Source: an uncultured Alphaproteobacteria bacterium
Lineage (GTDB): Bacteria > Pseudomonadota > Alphaproteobacteria > HIMB59 > GCA-002718135
Direction of reading: 5' to 3'
Length of the DNA: 64,000 bases
Assembly (NCBI GenBank): GCA_902595425.1
Contig: CACJPV010000003.1
Coordinates: 5,227-69,226, forward strand
Shown here one piece after another: positions 9,646 to 21,911 of this stretch (positions are counted from its first letter, which is position 1; the number at the start of each line of letters is the position of its first letter). Both the position numbers and the translations under genes were made by a program. The notes below the pieces were generated by a model that was not told where the DNA came from, did no database searches, and saw nothing but the letters and a program-made list of their open reading frames with translations.

Positions 9646-10890
9646 ATGATTAACTATCAAAATAATAAACCCTTCGTGGAGGGAGTTGCCATAGAAGATA
9701 TTGCATCATCTCACGTAACACCGCTGTATGTATATTCTCAAAAAAAAATTGAAGAAAAATATAATAACTTAAAGAAAGCTCTAAATGCTGAAATTTTCTA
9801 TGCAGTAAAAGCTAACTCTAATCAAGCAATCATTAAGTTAATGTCTACATTAGGTGCAGGGGCTGATGTTGTTTCGGTTGGTGAGTTAGAAAGAGCCATA
9901 ACGGCTGGTATCAACCCTAAGAAAATTATTTTTGAGGGAATTGGAAAATCTAAAGAAGACATAAGTTTTGCGATAAGCAATAATATACGTCTAATCAATG
10001 TGGAGTCTATTGATGAAATTCAAAGAATAAATAATGTTGCGGAGGCACATAATAAATGCGTAGACATAGGTATAAGACTTAATCCAAATATTGATGGTCA
10101 AACAATTGATAAAATTTCTACTGGAAAAAAAACTGATAAGTTTGGAATAGATACTGATAAATTGCAGGACATGTTCCAATCTTTAGAAAATGCAAAAAAT
10201 ATTAATCTTATAAGTATTAGTTGTCATGTAGGCAGTCAAATATTTAACATAAAAGTTTTTTCTGAAATTTTTATGAAAATGAAAGCAAATGCACAGCTCT
10301 TTTTGGATAAAGGTTATTCTATCAAACATGTTGATTTGGGCGGAGGCCTTGGAGTAACGTATCAAAACAAAGATAATGAGGTAGATTTAGAGCTTATTAA
10401 AGATGAAATAGATAAGTGTTTTGAGAATGTACCATATCAATTATCTTTTGAGCCTGGAAGATATCTTGTTGCAAATGCAGGAATTTTAATAACTTCTGTA
10501 ATGACCATAAAAAATAATGGAGGTATAAATTATTTAATAACAGATGCTGGAATGCATTCATTGATAAGACCAGCTTTATACCAAGCTCATCATGACATCG
10601 AGGTGGTAGATAAAAGTAATAGTGAATTAGTTACATACTCCGTTGCAGGACCTATATGTGAAAGCTCAGATATTTTGAATAAAAATATCACGTTACCAAA
10701 ACAAAAAGTTGGAAACTTGTTGATTATTAAAGATACTGGAGCGTATGGAAAAGTGATGGCATCTAATTACAACTCAAGAGGTTTACCAATAGAAATTTTA
10801 GTTAATAATAATATTTTTCAAAAAATTCATGAGCCATTAACTTCGAGGGAATTTATTAACCAAGATATTATTCCTGAGTGGTTAGATTAA
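9646..10890 (+). CDS. lysA: Diaminopimelate decarboxylase (start ATG 9646)
   Basis: TPLYVYS, YAVKANSN PLP-lysine, HVGSQ, DLGGGLG, EPGRYLV, GPICESSD, GAYG…MASNYN. Confidence 0.95.
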   Translation: MINYQNNKPFVEGVAIEDIASSHVTPLYVYSQKKIEEKYNNLKKALNAEIFYAVKANSNQAIIKLMSTLGAGADVVSVGELERAITAGINPKKIIFEGIGKSKEDISFAISNNIRLINVESIDEIQRINNVAEAHNKCVDIGIRLNPNIDGQTIDKISTGKKTDKFGIDTDKLQDMFQSLENAKNINLISISCHVGSQIFNIKVFSEIFMKMKANAQLFLDKGYSIKHVDLGGGLGVTYQNKDNEVDLELIKDEIDKCFENVPYQLSFEPGRYLVANAGILITSVMTIKNNGGINYLITDAGMHSLIRPALYQAHHDIEVVDKSNSELVTYSVAGPICESSDILNKNITLPKQKVGNLLIIKDTGAYGKVMASNYNSRGLPIEILVNNNIFQKIHEPLTSREFINQDIIPEWLD

Positions 10891-11339
10891 TTTAAAATTT
10901 GATAAATAATTTTAGCCAAATCATCGATTATTAATCTTAAATTAAAAAAAAATTCATTAATGTAGAAAGTCAGTAAAACAAAAATATTTGTTCCATATGA
11001 CCGAAAAGCCCAAAATAGAAAAAATAAAAATACTAACATAAAGATGACTAAAAAGGTGTTAAGCACACTTACTTTTTTTTCTTTAACTAAAGTGCTTGGT
11101 AAATTTTTAATCTCTTCATTAACGTTTACTTCATTCTCATCTAAGTTATTTTTTACTCTACTATCTTGATCACCTTTAGGAACATGAGGCACAGAAGATG
11201 ATAAAAGTTCCTCAGCTTGAAGTGGCTCTTGATACCATCGATGATTACAATTAGCACACTCAACCATTCTTCCATCTGGTTTTAAATCCGCAGAATTTAC
11301 AATATATTTATAATCACAATCTGAACACTGTATGAACAT
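10887..11339 (-). CDS. Zinc-ribbon (MJ0042-type) membrane protein, ZitP-like
   Basis: CSDC…GRMVECANCNHRWYQ zinc finger, linker, C-terminal TM helix. Confidence 0.8.
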   Translation of the reverse strand: MFIQCSDCDYKYIVNSADLKPDGRMVECANCNHRWYQEPLQAEELLSSSVPHVPKGDQDSRVKNNLDENEVNVNEEIKNLPSTLVKEKKVSVLNTFLVIFMLVFLFFLFWAFRSYGTNIFVLLTFYINEFFFNLRLIIDDLAKIIYQILN

Positions 11340-11388
11340 AAGCTATATATAGAGTAGAGAGGTTAGTATATAAAACAAAATTTATTGT

Positions 11389-12090
11389 ATGTTATTACTT
11401 ACTATTATTTTTTATTGTGCTTTGGCTCTGTGGACAATCTTAATGGGTATTTTAAGCATTCCCTTTATTGTTTTACCTAGCAAATTTATCCGTTTTCCTG
11501 CTAAAGCATGGATAAAAGGTATATTTATTTTATTGAAATATATTTGTGGGGTTACTCATGAAGTTAGAGGACTTGATGACTTAACTAAGGAGCCCCTTAT
11601 TATTGTGTCTAAACATCAATCTGCATTTGAGACTTTTGCGCTTTATTATTATTTAGAAAGTAGTTTTTTTATTCATAAAAAACAACTTTTTTATATTCCA
11701 ATTTTTGGACAGTATTTATTGAAAAGCAACATGGTTTCTATTGATAGAGCAGGACAAGCGAAAGCAATGCGGAAAATGATATCAGATGTGAAAAAAAAAT
11801 TAGATGAAGGCTCTACAATCATTATCTTTCCTGAAGGAACAAGAAAGAAACCTGGTGAAAAAACTGATTACAAGTCTGGTTTTGTTGGCATTTACAATGC
11901 GGCTAAACGAAAGCTAAAACCTGTTGCATTAAACTCAGGATTATTTTGGCAGAAAGGAATCAAAATAATCAAAAAAGGACATATCATCATTGAGTTTTTA
12001 CCTGAAATAGAAGTAGGGTTAGATAAAAAAGAAGTTCTTGAACAAGTTAAAAATTCTATAGAGTCAGCAACAAACAAATTGCTTGGCTAG
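11389..12090 (+). CDS. plsC: 1-acyl-sn-glycerol-3-phosphate acyltransferase
   Basis: KHQSAFET and IFPEGTR motifs, PVALNSGLFW. Confidence 0.9.
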   Translation: MLLLTIIFYCALALWTILMGILSIPFIVLPSKFIRFPAKAWIKGIFILLKYICGVTHEVRGLDDLTKEPLIIVSKHQSAFETFALYYYLESSFFIHKKQLFYIPIFGQYLLKSNMVSIDRAGQAKAMRKMISDVKKKLDEGSTIIIFPEGTRKKPGEKTDYKSGFVGIYNAAKRKLKPVALNSGLFWQKGIKIIKKGHIIIEFLPEIEVGLDKKEVLEQVKNSIESATNKLLG

Positions 12091-12998
12091 TTCTTCTTTT
12101 CTGTAGGATCAAAACTGCCTGCCTGTCCAATATCTTCAATTTCTTTACGAATTTTTTTAGATTGGTTAAATTTATTTTCTAAAAATTCTAAATCACCATT
12201 TCTAATTGCTTTTTGATATGTTGATAAATCTTCACTAAATCTACCCAACATCTCAAGAACAGCATTTTTATTTTTTTGGTATACATCCCGCCACATAATA
12301 GGATCGCTACCAGCTAATCTTGTAAAGTCTCTAAAACCTGCTGCTGAGTACTTGATTACTTCATCGCGCATATGTGACTCTAGCTCAGTTGCGGTACCAA
12401 CAACAGAATAAGCAATTAACTGAGGAATATGTGAAGTCATTGCAAGAACCCTATCGTGTCGTTCAGCATCCATGATTTCAATTGTCATGCCTATTGATTT
12501 CCACATGTCACTAATTGACTCTATAGCTTTGTCATCTTGTTGAAATGGAGTAAGTATACAATATCGATTTTCAAACAGTTTACTAAAGCCAAATTCTGGA
12601 CCACTCTTTTCAAGACCAGCAATGGGATGGGAGGGTACAAAAAATATATTTTGGACAGGATTTATTTTATTAAAATCACTTATTGTACTCATTTTCGTTG
12701 AGCCTACATCAGTTACAAGAGTAGGTTGCGATATAAATTTATTTAACTCAATAAAGATTTTTTCATAAGTGCTAACAGGTGTACAGATGATAACTAAATC
12801 AAACTGAAGATCAAAATTACTTAAATCAGTTGCTCCCTGAACTAATATGTTTAATTCTTGGCATTTTTTAATCACCTTATCATCTACATCTAAACCATAA
12901 ATGTTATTAGCAACTTGATATTCACTCAAAGCTCTTGATATTGATGAGCCTATTAGCCCCATACCAATTATTAAAACTGAATTAAATTTTTTTGTCAT
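12087..12998 (-). CDS. tyrC: Prephenate/arogenate (cyclohexadienyl) dehydrogenase (start ATG 12998)
   Basis: IIGMGLIGSS, TDVGSTK, HPIAGLEKSG, HDRVLAMTSHIPQ, AAGFRDFTRLAGSDPIMWRD. Confidence 0.9.
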   Translation of the reverse strand: MTKKFNSVLIIGMGLIGSSISRALSEYQVANNIYGLDVDDKVIKKCQELNILVQGATDLSNFDLQFDLVIICTPVSTYEKIFIELNKFISQPTLVTDVGSTKMSTISDFNKINPVQNIFFVPSHPIAGLEKSGPEFGFSKLFENRYCILTPFQQDDKAIESISDMWKSIGMTIEIMDAERHDRVLAMTSHIPQLIAYSVVGTATELESHMRDEVIKYSAAGFRDFTRLAGSDPIMWRDVYQKNKNAVLEMLGRFSEDLSTYQKAIRNGDLEFLENKFNQSKKIRKEIEDIGQAGSFDPTEKKN

Positions 12999-13000
12999 AA

Positions 13001-14347
13001 TTAAATTTGTTTGAGAGCATGAATGGTTGCTTCCATTTCTTTTTTTGTTCCTACGGTAATTCGAAGGCAATTAGGTAATCCATAACTGTCTAATTCTCGA
13101 ACAATAATTCCCATATTAGCAAGATGCGTAGATATATTTTTTGCTTCTTCCTTAGTCATTTCAACAAAAGTAAAATTACCTTCAGATGGATTAGTTTTGA
13201 TATTGATTTTTTTAAGTTCACTTTCAAACCAATCTTTAACCTCTTGGTTATTTTTAACGATTTGATCTAAATATTCCTTATCTTCAAGCGCAATAATAGC
13301 CATTTCTTGTGATAAACTTTGAGTATTAAAGGGGCCTTTAACTTTATTTAAAATCGTAGCTACCTTTTTGCTAGTATAACACCACCCTAATCGTAATCCT
13401 GCAAGCCCATAAGCTTTTGAGAAAGTCCTGGTTAATATTATATTTTCAAATTGATCTACTAAAGAAAAACCATTGTCGTAGTCTTCTTTTGTCACATATT
13501 CTGCATACGCTCCATCTAAAACCATTATAATATTTTTAGGCAATTTATTTAAAATTTCATTAATCTCAGAGCGTGCCAAATATGTGCCAGTAGGATTATT
13601 AGGGTTAGCTAAATAAATTATCTTTGTTGATGGAGATACTTGATCTAAAATTGAGTTAACTGTCACTTTATAATTTTGATCTTCTTTAATTAACTTTGAA
13701 GTTGCGCCTACTATTTTAGCAATTATGGAATACATTTCAAAACCATGCTCTGCATGAATTATTTCATCACCATCTTGGCAAAAGGCTAAAGCTGCAAATA
13801 AAAGTGTTTCATCTGATCCGCAACCAAGCACAATCTGATTTGCGTTGATATTATGTACACTAGCTAATTTATCTCTTAATTGAGCACCATCAATATTTGG
13901 ATAGCGATGAGAGTTTGAGAGCGCCTCTTTAATATTTTTTTTTTCTAATACCTTTGGTGATGGACCATACGAATTTTCATTAGAAGATAATTTAATAACA
14001 TTATCTTTGCCCTTAAGAGAAGACTTACCACCCTTATAAATGTTTATTAAATTGATTGATCTTTTTGTGTCTATAGTTGGCCTATCAATTTCTTGTAATT
14101 TTGTGGATGCCTGAAAAATTTCTCTCCAAATCCTAACGATGGAGTCTTTTGAATATTTTGCTTTTGTATTTTGAAGTATTCTATCTAGAACTTTTTGCTC
14201 TCTATCATAATCAACAATATTGGATATAGATTTTTTTTGTTTACCAATTTCAGTTACTATTTCAGCTCTTTCTCTGAGTAAATCCAGTATTTTATCATCA
14301 AGATCATTAACATTGTTCCTGAGTACATCTAATTGTTTAATATCCAT
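13001..14347 (-). CDS. hisC: Fusion of an AroQ chorismate mutase and histidinol-phosphate/aromatic aminotransferase
   Basis: aa 1-86 LRNNVNDLDDKILDLLRERAE…DREQKVL…IWREIFQAS (chorismate mutase type II); then KLSSNEN, ANPNNPTG, DGAYAEY, RTFSKAYGLAGLRLGW. Confidence 0.85.
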   Translation of the reverse strand: MDIKQLDVLRNNVNDLDDKILDLLRERAEIVTEIGKQKKSISNIVDYDREQKVLDRILQNTKAKYSKDSIVRIWREIFQASTKLQEIDRPTIDTKRSINLINIYKGGKSSLKGKDNVIKLSSNENSYGPSPKVLEKKNIKEALSNSHRYPNIDGAQLRDKLASVHNINANQIVLGCGSDETLLFAALAFCQDGDEIIHAEHGFEMYSIIAKIVGATSKLIKEDQNYKVTVNSILDQVSPSTKIIYLANPNNPTGTYLARSEINEILNKLPKNIIMVLDGAYAEYVTKEDYDNGFSLVDQFENIILTRTFSKAYGLAGLRLGWCYTSKKVATILNKVKGPFNTQSLSQEMAIIALEDKEYLDQIVKNNQEVKDWFESELKKINIKTNPSEGNFTFVEMTKEEAKNISTHLANMGIIVRELDSYGLPNCLRITVGTKKEMEATIHALKQI

Positions 14348-14454
14348 AATATTTGTGTGTCTTTACAAACAATATTAGAATAAATCAAAATAAACAGTAA
14401 TTTATTGACCAAAATGAACAAATATTGACAAAAAAAGCATATAAATTAAATAGC

Positions 14455-14510
14455 CCTCTACACCGATTTGAAACAGCTTGCGGGTGTGTATCGAAACAGC
14501 TAAAGCGTGA
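14455..14510 (+). ncRNA. SAM-II (SAM-alpha) riboswitch in the metX leader
   Basis: P1 TACACC(14459-64)/GGTGTG(14483-88), conserved GATTT, CTTGC and 3' GCTAAAG; directly upstream of metX. Confidence 0.85.
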
Positions 14511-14553
14511 TACTCTCCCCCTGAAGCAATACTTCATTTTGGTTATAAAATTT

Positions 14554-15705
14554 ATGAGTAATATTGAATTAATAGATGATAATAATTTAAAATGTCGCTT
14601 TGCCATTTTTAAAAATGCAAACTTAAAACTTGCATCCGGTGAAGTTTTAAAAAATTTTAAATTAGCTTTTAATACATTTGGAACGCTGAATGAAAATAAA
14701 TCAAATGCAATATTAATTTGTCATGCCTTAACAGGAGATCAATATGTTACAGGAAATAACCCGATAACTGGAAAAGATGGTTGGTGGGCAAGAATGGTTG
14801 GGCCAGATAAGCCTATTGATACAAATAAGTTTTTTGTGATTTGTTCAAATGTACTTGGGGGTTGTGCAGGTTCAACAGGCCCAAAAGAAAAAAATGACTC
14901 TGGGCAAGATATTTATGGAGCAGATTTTCCATCAGTGACCATACAGGATATGGTTAATGCTCAGTCAAAATTGTTGGATGCATTAAAAATTGATCAATTA
15001 TGTAGTGTTGTTGGAGGATCAATGGGGGCAATGCAAGCATTACAATGGTCAATTGATTTTCCTGATAAGATTAAATCAGTTATTCATATTGCTGGTGCTC
15101 TTAAGCACTCTGCACAAAATATTGCTTTTCATGAAGTGGGGAGACAAGCCATAATGAACGACCTGAATTGGCATAAAGGAAATTATGCATCAAATAATTC
15201 AATTCCTGAAAGAGGTTTAGCCGTGGCTAGAATGATAGCACATATTACTTACTTATCTGAAGATGCTATGCATAGAAAGTTTGGAAGGAGACTTCAATCA
15301 AGAGATATTATTTCATTTGGTTTTGATGCAGATTTTCAAATAGAAAGCTACTTACGACATCAGGGCAGATCATTTGTAGAGAGATTTGATGCTAATTCAT
15401 ATTTGTATTTAACAAGAGCTATGGATTATTTTGATCATTCTGAAAGTTTTAAAAAGACACTCGAATTTATTAATAATTCTAATGAACATCTTAAATATCT
15501 TGTCATATCTTTCACATCAGATTGGTTATTTCCAACCAGAGAAAACAAAGAAATAGTTGAAATTTTAAATAGTTTATCAAAAAATGTAAGTTTTTTAGAA
15601 ATAGAAACAGATAAAGGACATGATAGTTTCTTATTAGACGAACCTGATCTTGATTTTGCTATTAAAGGTTTCCTTGAGAGTAATTATCGAAATGAGTATG
15701 AATAA
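14554..15705 (+). CDS. metX: Homoserine O-acyltransferase MetX (start ATG 14554)
   Basis: ICHALTGD, SNVLGGCAGSTGP, GGSMG nucleophile, FDANSYLY, SDWLFP, GHDSFL. Confidence 0.95.
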   Translation: MSNIELIDDNNLKCRFAIFKNANLKLASGEVLKNFKLAFNTFGTLNENKSNAILICHALTGDQYVTGNNPITGKDGWWARMVGPDKPIDTNKFFVICSNVLGGCAGSTGPKEKNDSGQDIYGADFPSVTIQDMVNAQSKLLDALKIDQLCSVVGGSMGAMQALQWSIDFPDKIKSVIHIAGALKHSAQNIAFHEVGRQAIMNDLNWHKGNYASNNSIPERGLAVARMIAHITYLSEDAMHRKFGRRLQSRDIISFGFDADFQIESYLRHQGRSFVERFDANSYLYLTRAMDYFDHSESFKKTLEFINNSNEHLKYLVISFTSDWLFPTRENKEIVEILNSLSKNVSFLEIETDKGHDSFLLDEPDLDFAIKGFLESNYRNEYE

Positions 15706-16381
15706 AATTCAGAGCATAAGAAAAGATTGGAATCTAATAGAGTCTTTAATAAGAGATAATTCCCGTGTTTTAGATATAGGTTGTGGAGAGGGTGATTTGA
15801 TTCAACAGCTTGAAAAAAATATCAGTGCCAAAGTTCATGGAATTGAAAAAAATCAAGAATTGGCTCTGAAAGCGATTGCAAGAGGCTTAAGCGTCACCCA
15901 CGGAGATGCAGAAAAAGATCTTTCACAATACTCAAATCAAAGTTTTGATTATGTGATACTCAGCCAAACACTTCAAGCTATGGTTGAGCCAAAAAAAATT
16001 CTTAGCGAATTATTAAGAGTTGGATCTAAGGCTATTGTGTCATTCCCAAACTTTGGTCATTGGAAAATTAGATTACAATTACTTTTAAAAGGCAAAATGC
16101 CGATTACAGAAGGTCTTCCTTACTCATGGTATGATACTCCTAATATTCATTTTTTTACTTTAAAAGACTTTCAAAATCTATGTAATGAAATGAATATTGT
16201 TATTGAAAACAGTATTGGTCTTACAAGTAAAGGAAAGCAATTTCCAATTGATAGCTCATTACTTTCAGCTAATATAATAACAAGTGAAGCAATCTTTCTT
16301 CTTAGTTATAAGGATTTCGAACCAATAAAGATTAAATTATCAAATAAAATCTTTGCTAAAAACTCAGCCATTGTTAATTGA
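15692..16381 (+). CDS. metW: Methionine biosynthesis protein MetW
   Basis: VLDIGCGEG, ILSQTLQA, VSFPNFGHW, WYDTPNIH; directly follows metX. Confidence 0.92.
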   Translation: MSMNKIQSIRKDWNLIESLIRDNSRVLDIGCGEGDLIQQLEKNISAKVHGIEKNQELALKAIARGLSVTHGDAEKDLSQYSNQSFDYVILSQTLQAMVEPKKILSELLRVGSKAIVSFPNFGHWKIRLQLLLKGKMPITEGLPYSWYDTPNIHFFTLKDFQNLCNEMNIVIENSIGLTSKGKQFPIDSSLLSANIITSEAIFLLSYKDFEPIKIKLSNKIFAKNSAIVN

Positions 16382-17142
16382 TGGTTGATATAAAAATAGA
16401 AATTATCAATCAGCTTAAAGATAATTATTCTTATTTATTACATCATGAAAATTCCCAAGCCATTTTAATAGATCCAGCAGATGATGAGAAAATTATTGAT
16501 GTTTTAGAGTCAAAAAAACTTAAACTTGAATCTATTTTTATTACCCATCATCATAGTGACCATACCTCGGGAGTTTTAGGCTTGATCAAAAAATTTCCTC
16601 ATATACAAATTTACTCTCCCTCAGAATTGTATTCTCTTCAAATTAACAACATTTCAAATAACACCAAAGTCACAACATCATTAAATGAATTCAAAATTTT
16701 TTCTGCGCCAGGGCACACCCTTGATCATGTTGTGCTTTGCGATTTTAAAAATAAATTATTATTTGTAGGTGATGTGCTTTTTCGTTTAGGTTGCGGGCGT
16801 GTCTTTGAAGGAACACTTGATCAAATGCATGATTCGCTAAATAAAATTTTAAATTTATCAGATGACATGAAAGTTTATTGTGGTCATGAATATACTTTAA
16901 ATAATTTTAATTTCTTAGAAGATGTTTTCAGAGAAAATATCGATTTAGAAAAGGTTAAAAAACAAATTCTACAGGATCTAGAAACTAATAATAGAACAAT
17001 ACCTTTTATTCTAGGCGATGAAAAAAAAGTAAACCCATTCCTGAATCCAAATTGTCAAATGAGCTTCAAATTCAAAAAGGATAACAACTTTTCAAATTTA
17101 GAATTTTTTAGATACCTAAGAGAGAAAAAGGACAATTTTTAG
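16381..17142 (+). CDS. gloB: Hydroxyacylglutathione hydrolase (glyoxalase II)
   Basis: DNYSY, THHHSDH, PGHTLDH, GDVLF…GCGRVFEG, CGHEYT, NPFL. Confidence 0.92.
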   Translation: MVDIKIEIINQLKDNYSYLLHHENSQAILIDPADDEKIIDVLESKKLKLESIFITHHHSDHTSGVLGLIKKFPHIQIYSPSELYSLQINNISNNTKVTTSLNEFKIFSAPGHTLDHVVLCDFKNKLLFVGDVLFRLGCGRVFEGTLDQMHDSLNKILNLSDDMKVYCGHEYTLNNFNFLEDVFRENIDLEKVKKQILQDLETNNRTIPFILGDEKKVNPFLNPNCQMSFKFKKDNNFSNLEFFRYLREKKDNF

Positions 17143-17183
17143 CTAATTTTAGGCAAAAATTGCTTGAATCTGAGTATTTTCAT

Positions 17184-17212
17184 TTGACTATTATATACCT
17201 TCGCTGTAAACG
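17184..17212 (+). promoter_or_regulatory. Probable sigma70 promoter of rplU-rpmA
   Basis: TTGACT(17184-89)-17 nt-TAAACG(17207-12) followed by a GC-rich discriminator. Confidence 0.55.
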
Positions 17213-17232
17213 CCCTTTCATTGAAAGATCTT

Positions 17233-17706
17233 ATGTTAGCAGTATTTAAAACAGGTGGTAAGCAATATTCTGTAAAGGCTGGTCAAATACTTAAAGTTGA
17301 AAAACTTGAAGGTAAGAAGGGTGATAATGTTTCTTTCAAAGATGTCCTTGCCGTTTCAGAAAATACCCAAAATACAATAGGAGCTCCTTTAGTTGATGGA
17401 GCTATTGTTGAGGCTAAAATTCTAGATCAAATTAGAGATAAAAAAATTATTGTTTTTAAAAAAAGAAAAAGACAAAATTATCGATCAACTCAAGGTCATA
17501 GACAATACTTAACTGTCTTAAAAATTGAGTCTATATCTCTTGGTGGAAAAAAATCTGCTACTACTAAAAAGAAAGCAGAAACTGTTGAATCTACAAAAAA
17601 AGCTGCACCTAAGAAAAAAGCTGCACCTAAGAAAGCAGTAACAAAGAAAACAACTGTTAAGAAAACAGTTAAGAAAAAAACTACAACACCAAAGGAAAAT
17701 AAATAA
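17233..17706 (+). CDS. rplU: 50S ribosomal protein L21 with Lys/Ala/Thr-rich C-terminal extension
   Basis: [10 protein letters not shown]…[17 protein letters not shown]; tail [23 protein letters not shown]. Confidence 0.95.
   Translation: MLAVFKTGGKQYSVKAGQILKVEKLEGKKGDNVSFKDVLAVSENTQNTIGAPLVDGAIVEAKILDQIRDKKIIVFKKRKRQNYRSTQGHRQYLTVLKIESISLGGKKSATTKKKAETVESTKKAAPKKKAAPKKAVTKKTTVKKTVKKKTTTPKENK
17596..17631 (+). repeat. Two tandem copies of 18 bp AAAAAAGCTGCACCTAAG (KKAAPK) within the rplU tail
   Basis: Exact direct duplication 17596-17613 / 17614-17631. Confidence 0.85.
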
Positions 17707-17957
17707 TGGCTACAAAAAAAGCAGGTGGTAGTTCACGTAACGGTCGCGACTCGATAGGTCGTCGTTTAGGTGTAAAAAAATTTGGTGGTGAAAAAGTTAT
17801 TTCTGGGAATATTATAGTACGTCAGAGAGGTACTAAATTTCATCCTGGAGATAATGTAGGTATAGGAAAAGATCATACTATTTTCGCTACAATTGATGGT
17901 AAGGTTGCATTTAAAAAGACTCGTATTAGAACTTACGTTTCAGTAGTACCCGCATAA
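17706..17957 (+). CDS. rpmA: 50S ribosomal protein L27
   Basis: [16 protein letters not shown]…[10 protein letters not shown]. Confidence 0.98.
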   Translation: MATKKAGGSSRNGRDSIGRRLGVKKFGGEKVISGNIIVRQRGTKFHPGDNVGIGKDHTIFATIDGKVAFKKTRIRTYVSVVPA

Positions 17958-17972
17958 TTAATAGAAAATTAA

Positions 17973-20075
<2,103 letters not shown>

Positions 20076-20079
<4 letters not shown>

Positions 20080-21329
20080 ATTTTAAAGAAACAATAAATG
20101 AAATCGGCATTAAGGCCAAAAAAGCATCTATAAAATTAAGAGCGCTCAATGCTGATAAGAAAAAATTGGCTTATGAGTGTCTTGAAGAGAATATTAAAGA
20201 TAAAGCAAAGGATATTTTAAAGGCTAACCAAATTGATATTGAAAATGCAGTTAATAATAATCTAGCAAAACCTCTAATAAATAGATTGAAACTTAATGAA
20301 GAGTCAATTTTAGGTATTATTAAAAGTATTGCTGAAATAAAAAATCAGCCGGATCCTATAGGTAAGATTTTAGAAGAATGGTCGCAGCCAAATGGTTTAA
20401 AGTTTTCAAAAATATCAGTTCCACTCGGAGTATTGGGAGTAATATATGAGTCTAGACCAAATGTAACCATTGATGCATCATGTCTAGCTTTAAAATCAAA
20501 TAATGCTCTAATTCTAAGAGGTGGTAGTGATAGTTTTCAAACATCTAATGAGTTAATTAATATTATAACAATGTCTTTTAAAGAAGCACAACTTCCTGAT
20601 GACATAATTCAGATGATTCCTACAACAGATAGAGAGGCGGTTGATTGTTTATTAGCGATGGATAACTACGTGAATGTTATCATTCCAAGAGGTGGAAAAA
20701 GGTTAATAAAAAAAATAAATGAAAAAAGTAGAATACCTGTGATCAAACATTTAGAAGGTCTTTGTCATATCTATGTAGATAAGGAGGCTAATCTAGACAT
20801 TGCTAAAAAAATTATTTTTAATAGTAAATTAAGAAGGCCAGAAATATGTGGTGCTGCTGAAACACTACTAATAGATAACGCTCTTAAAGATAACGCTCTT
20901 GAATTAATTAAACCTGTATATGACGCAGGATGCATAATTAAAGGAGATAAGTTTATTAAATCTCTTGATCCTAATTTTGAAATGGCGAGTGATACAGATT
21001 GGTCAACAGAGTATTTAGACAAGGTAATAAGTGTAAAAATTGTTAAAGGCGTGATGGGCGCTATAGAACATATAAATAATTATTCTTCTAATCATACGGA
21101 ATCAATTATTACAGAGAATGAAAAAACTTTTTCTGATTTTTATAATAACATTGATAGTGCAATAATATTAAAAAATGCTTCAACACAATTTGCTGATGGT
21201 GGAGAGTTTGGATTTGGGGCTGAAATTGGTATTTCAACAGATAAACTTCATGTACGTGGCCCTGTTGGAGCTAAACATTTGACAACATTCAAATATATTG
21301 TTCATGGTAACGGACAATCAAGAGATTAA
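20076..21329 (+). CDS. proA: Gamma-glutamyl phosphate reductase
   Basis: IYESRPNVT, IPRGG, STQFADGGEFGFGAEIGIST…HVRGPVG. Confidence 0.95.
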
Positions 21330-21911
21330 ATGAAAAATATTGGTCTCCTTGGTGGCTCTTTTGATCCTCCTCATAAAGGGCACCTTTACATATCTTTAGA
21401 GGCAAAAAAAATATTAAAGCTTGATGAAATTTGGTGGCTCGTTACACCACAAAACCCTCTTAAAATTAATCAACCTGCCAGCTACTCAGAACGAGTTAAA
21501 AATTGTAAAATAATAACGAAAAATAAACCAATTAAAATTAAAGAAATAGAAAAAAAAATAAACTCTCAATTTTCTTATCAAACAATCAAATATTTAAATA
21601 ACCATTATAAAAATATCAATTTTTTTTGGTTGATGGGAGCTGATAATTTAATTAATTTTCATCAATGGCAAAACGCTCATAGAATTTTTAATGAAATCCC
21701 TATTGTAGTATTTAGAAGATATGGTTATAATCAACAAGCATTGAAAAGTTACATATCAAATTTGTATAAAAACTTCAGAATCAAAAACAAAAAAATTCAT
21801 ATAGATAATTTCAACCAACTCCCTGCTTGGACTATTATTCAAAATAAAGAAATCAGAATATCCTCTACTGAAATTAGAAAACAAAGAGAATTATTGAGGC
21901 CTAAAGATTAA
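21330..21911 (+). CDS. nadD: Nicotinate-nucleotide adenylyltransferase
   Basis: GGSFDPPHKGH, WLMGADNL, ISSTEIR. Confidence 0.92.
   Translation: MKNIGLLGGSFDPPHKGHLYISLEAKKILKLDEIWWLVTPQNPLKINQPASYSERVKNCKIITKNKPIKIKEIEKKINSQFSYQTIKYLNNHYKNINFFWLMGADNLINFHQWQNAHRIFNEIPIVVFRRYGYNQQALKSYISNLYKNFRIKNKKIHIDNFNQLPAWTIIQNKEIRISSTEIRKQRELLRPKD

Noticed and set aside
14385-14606. 73-aa antisense ORF and the TTG-extended metX N-terminus (14425)
   Set aside because: The region is better explained as promoter (TTGACA at 14425) plus SAM-II riboswitch
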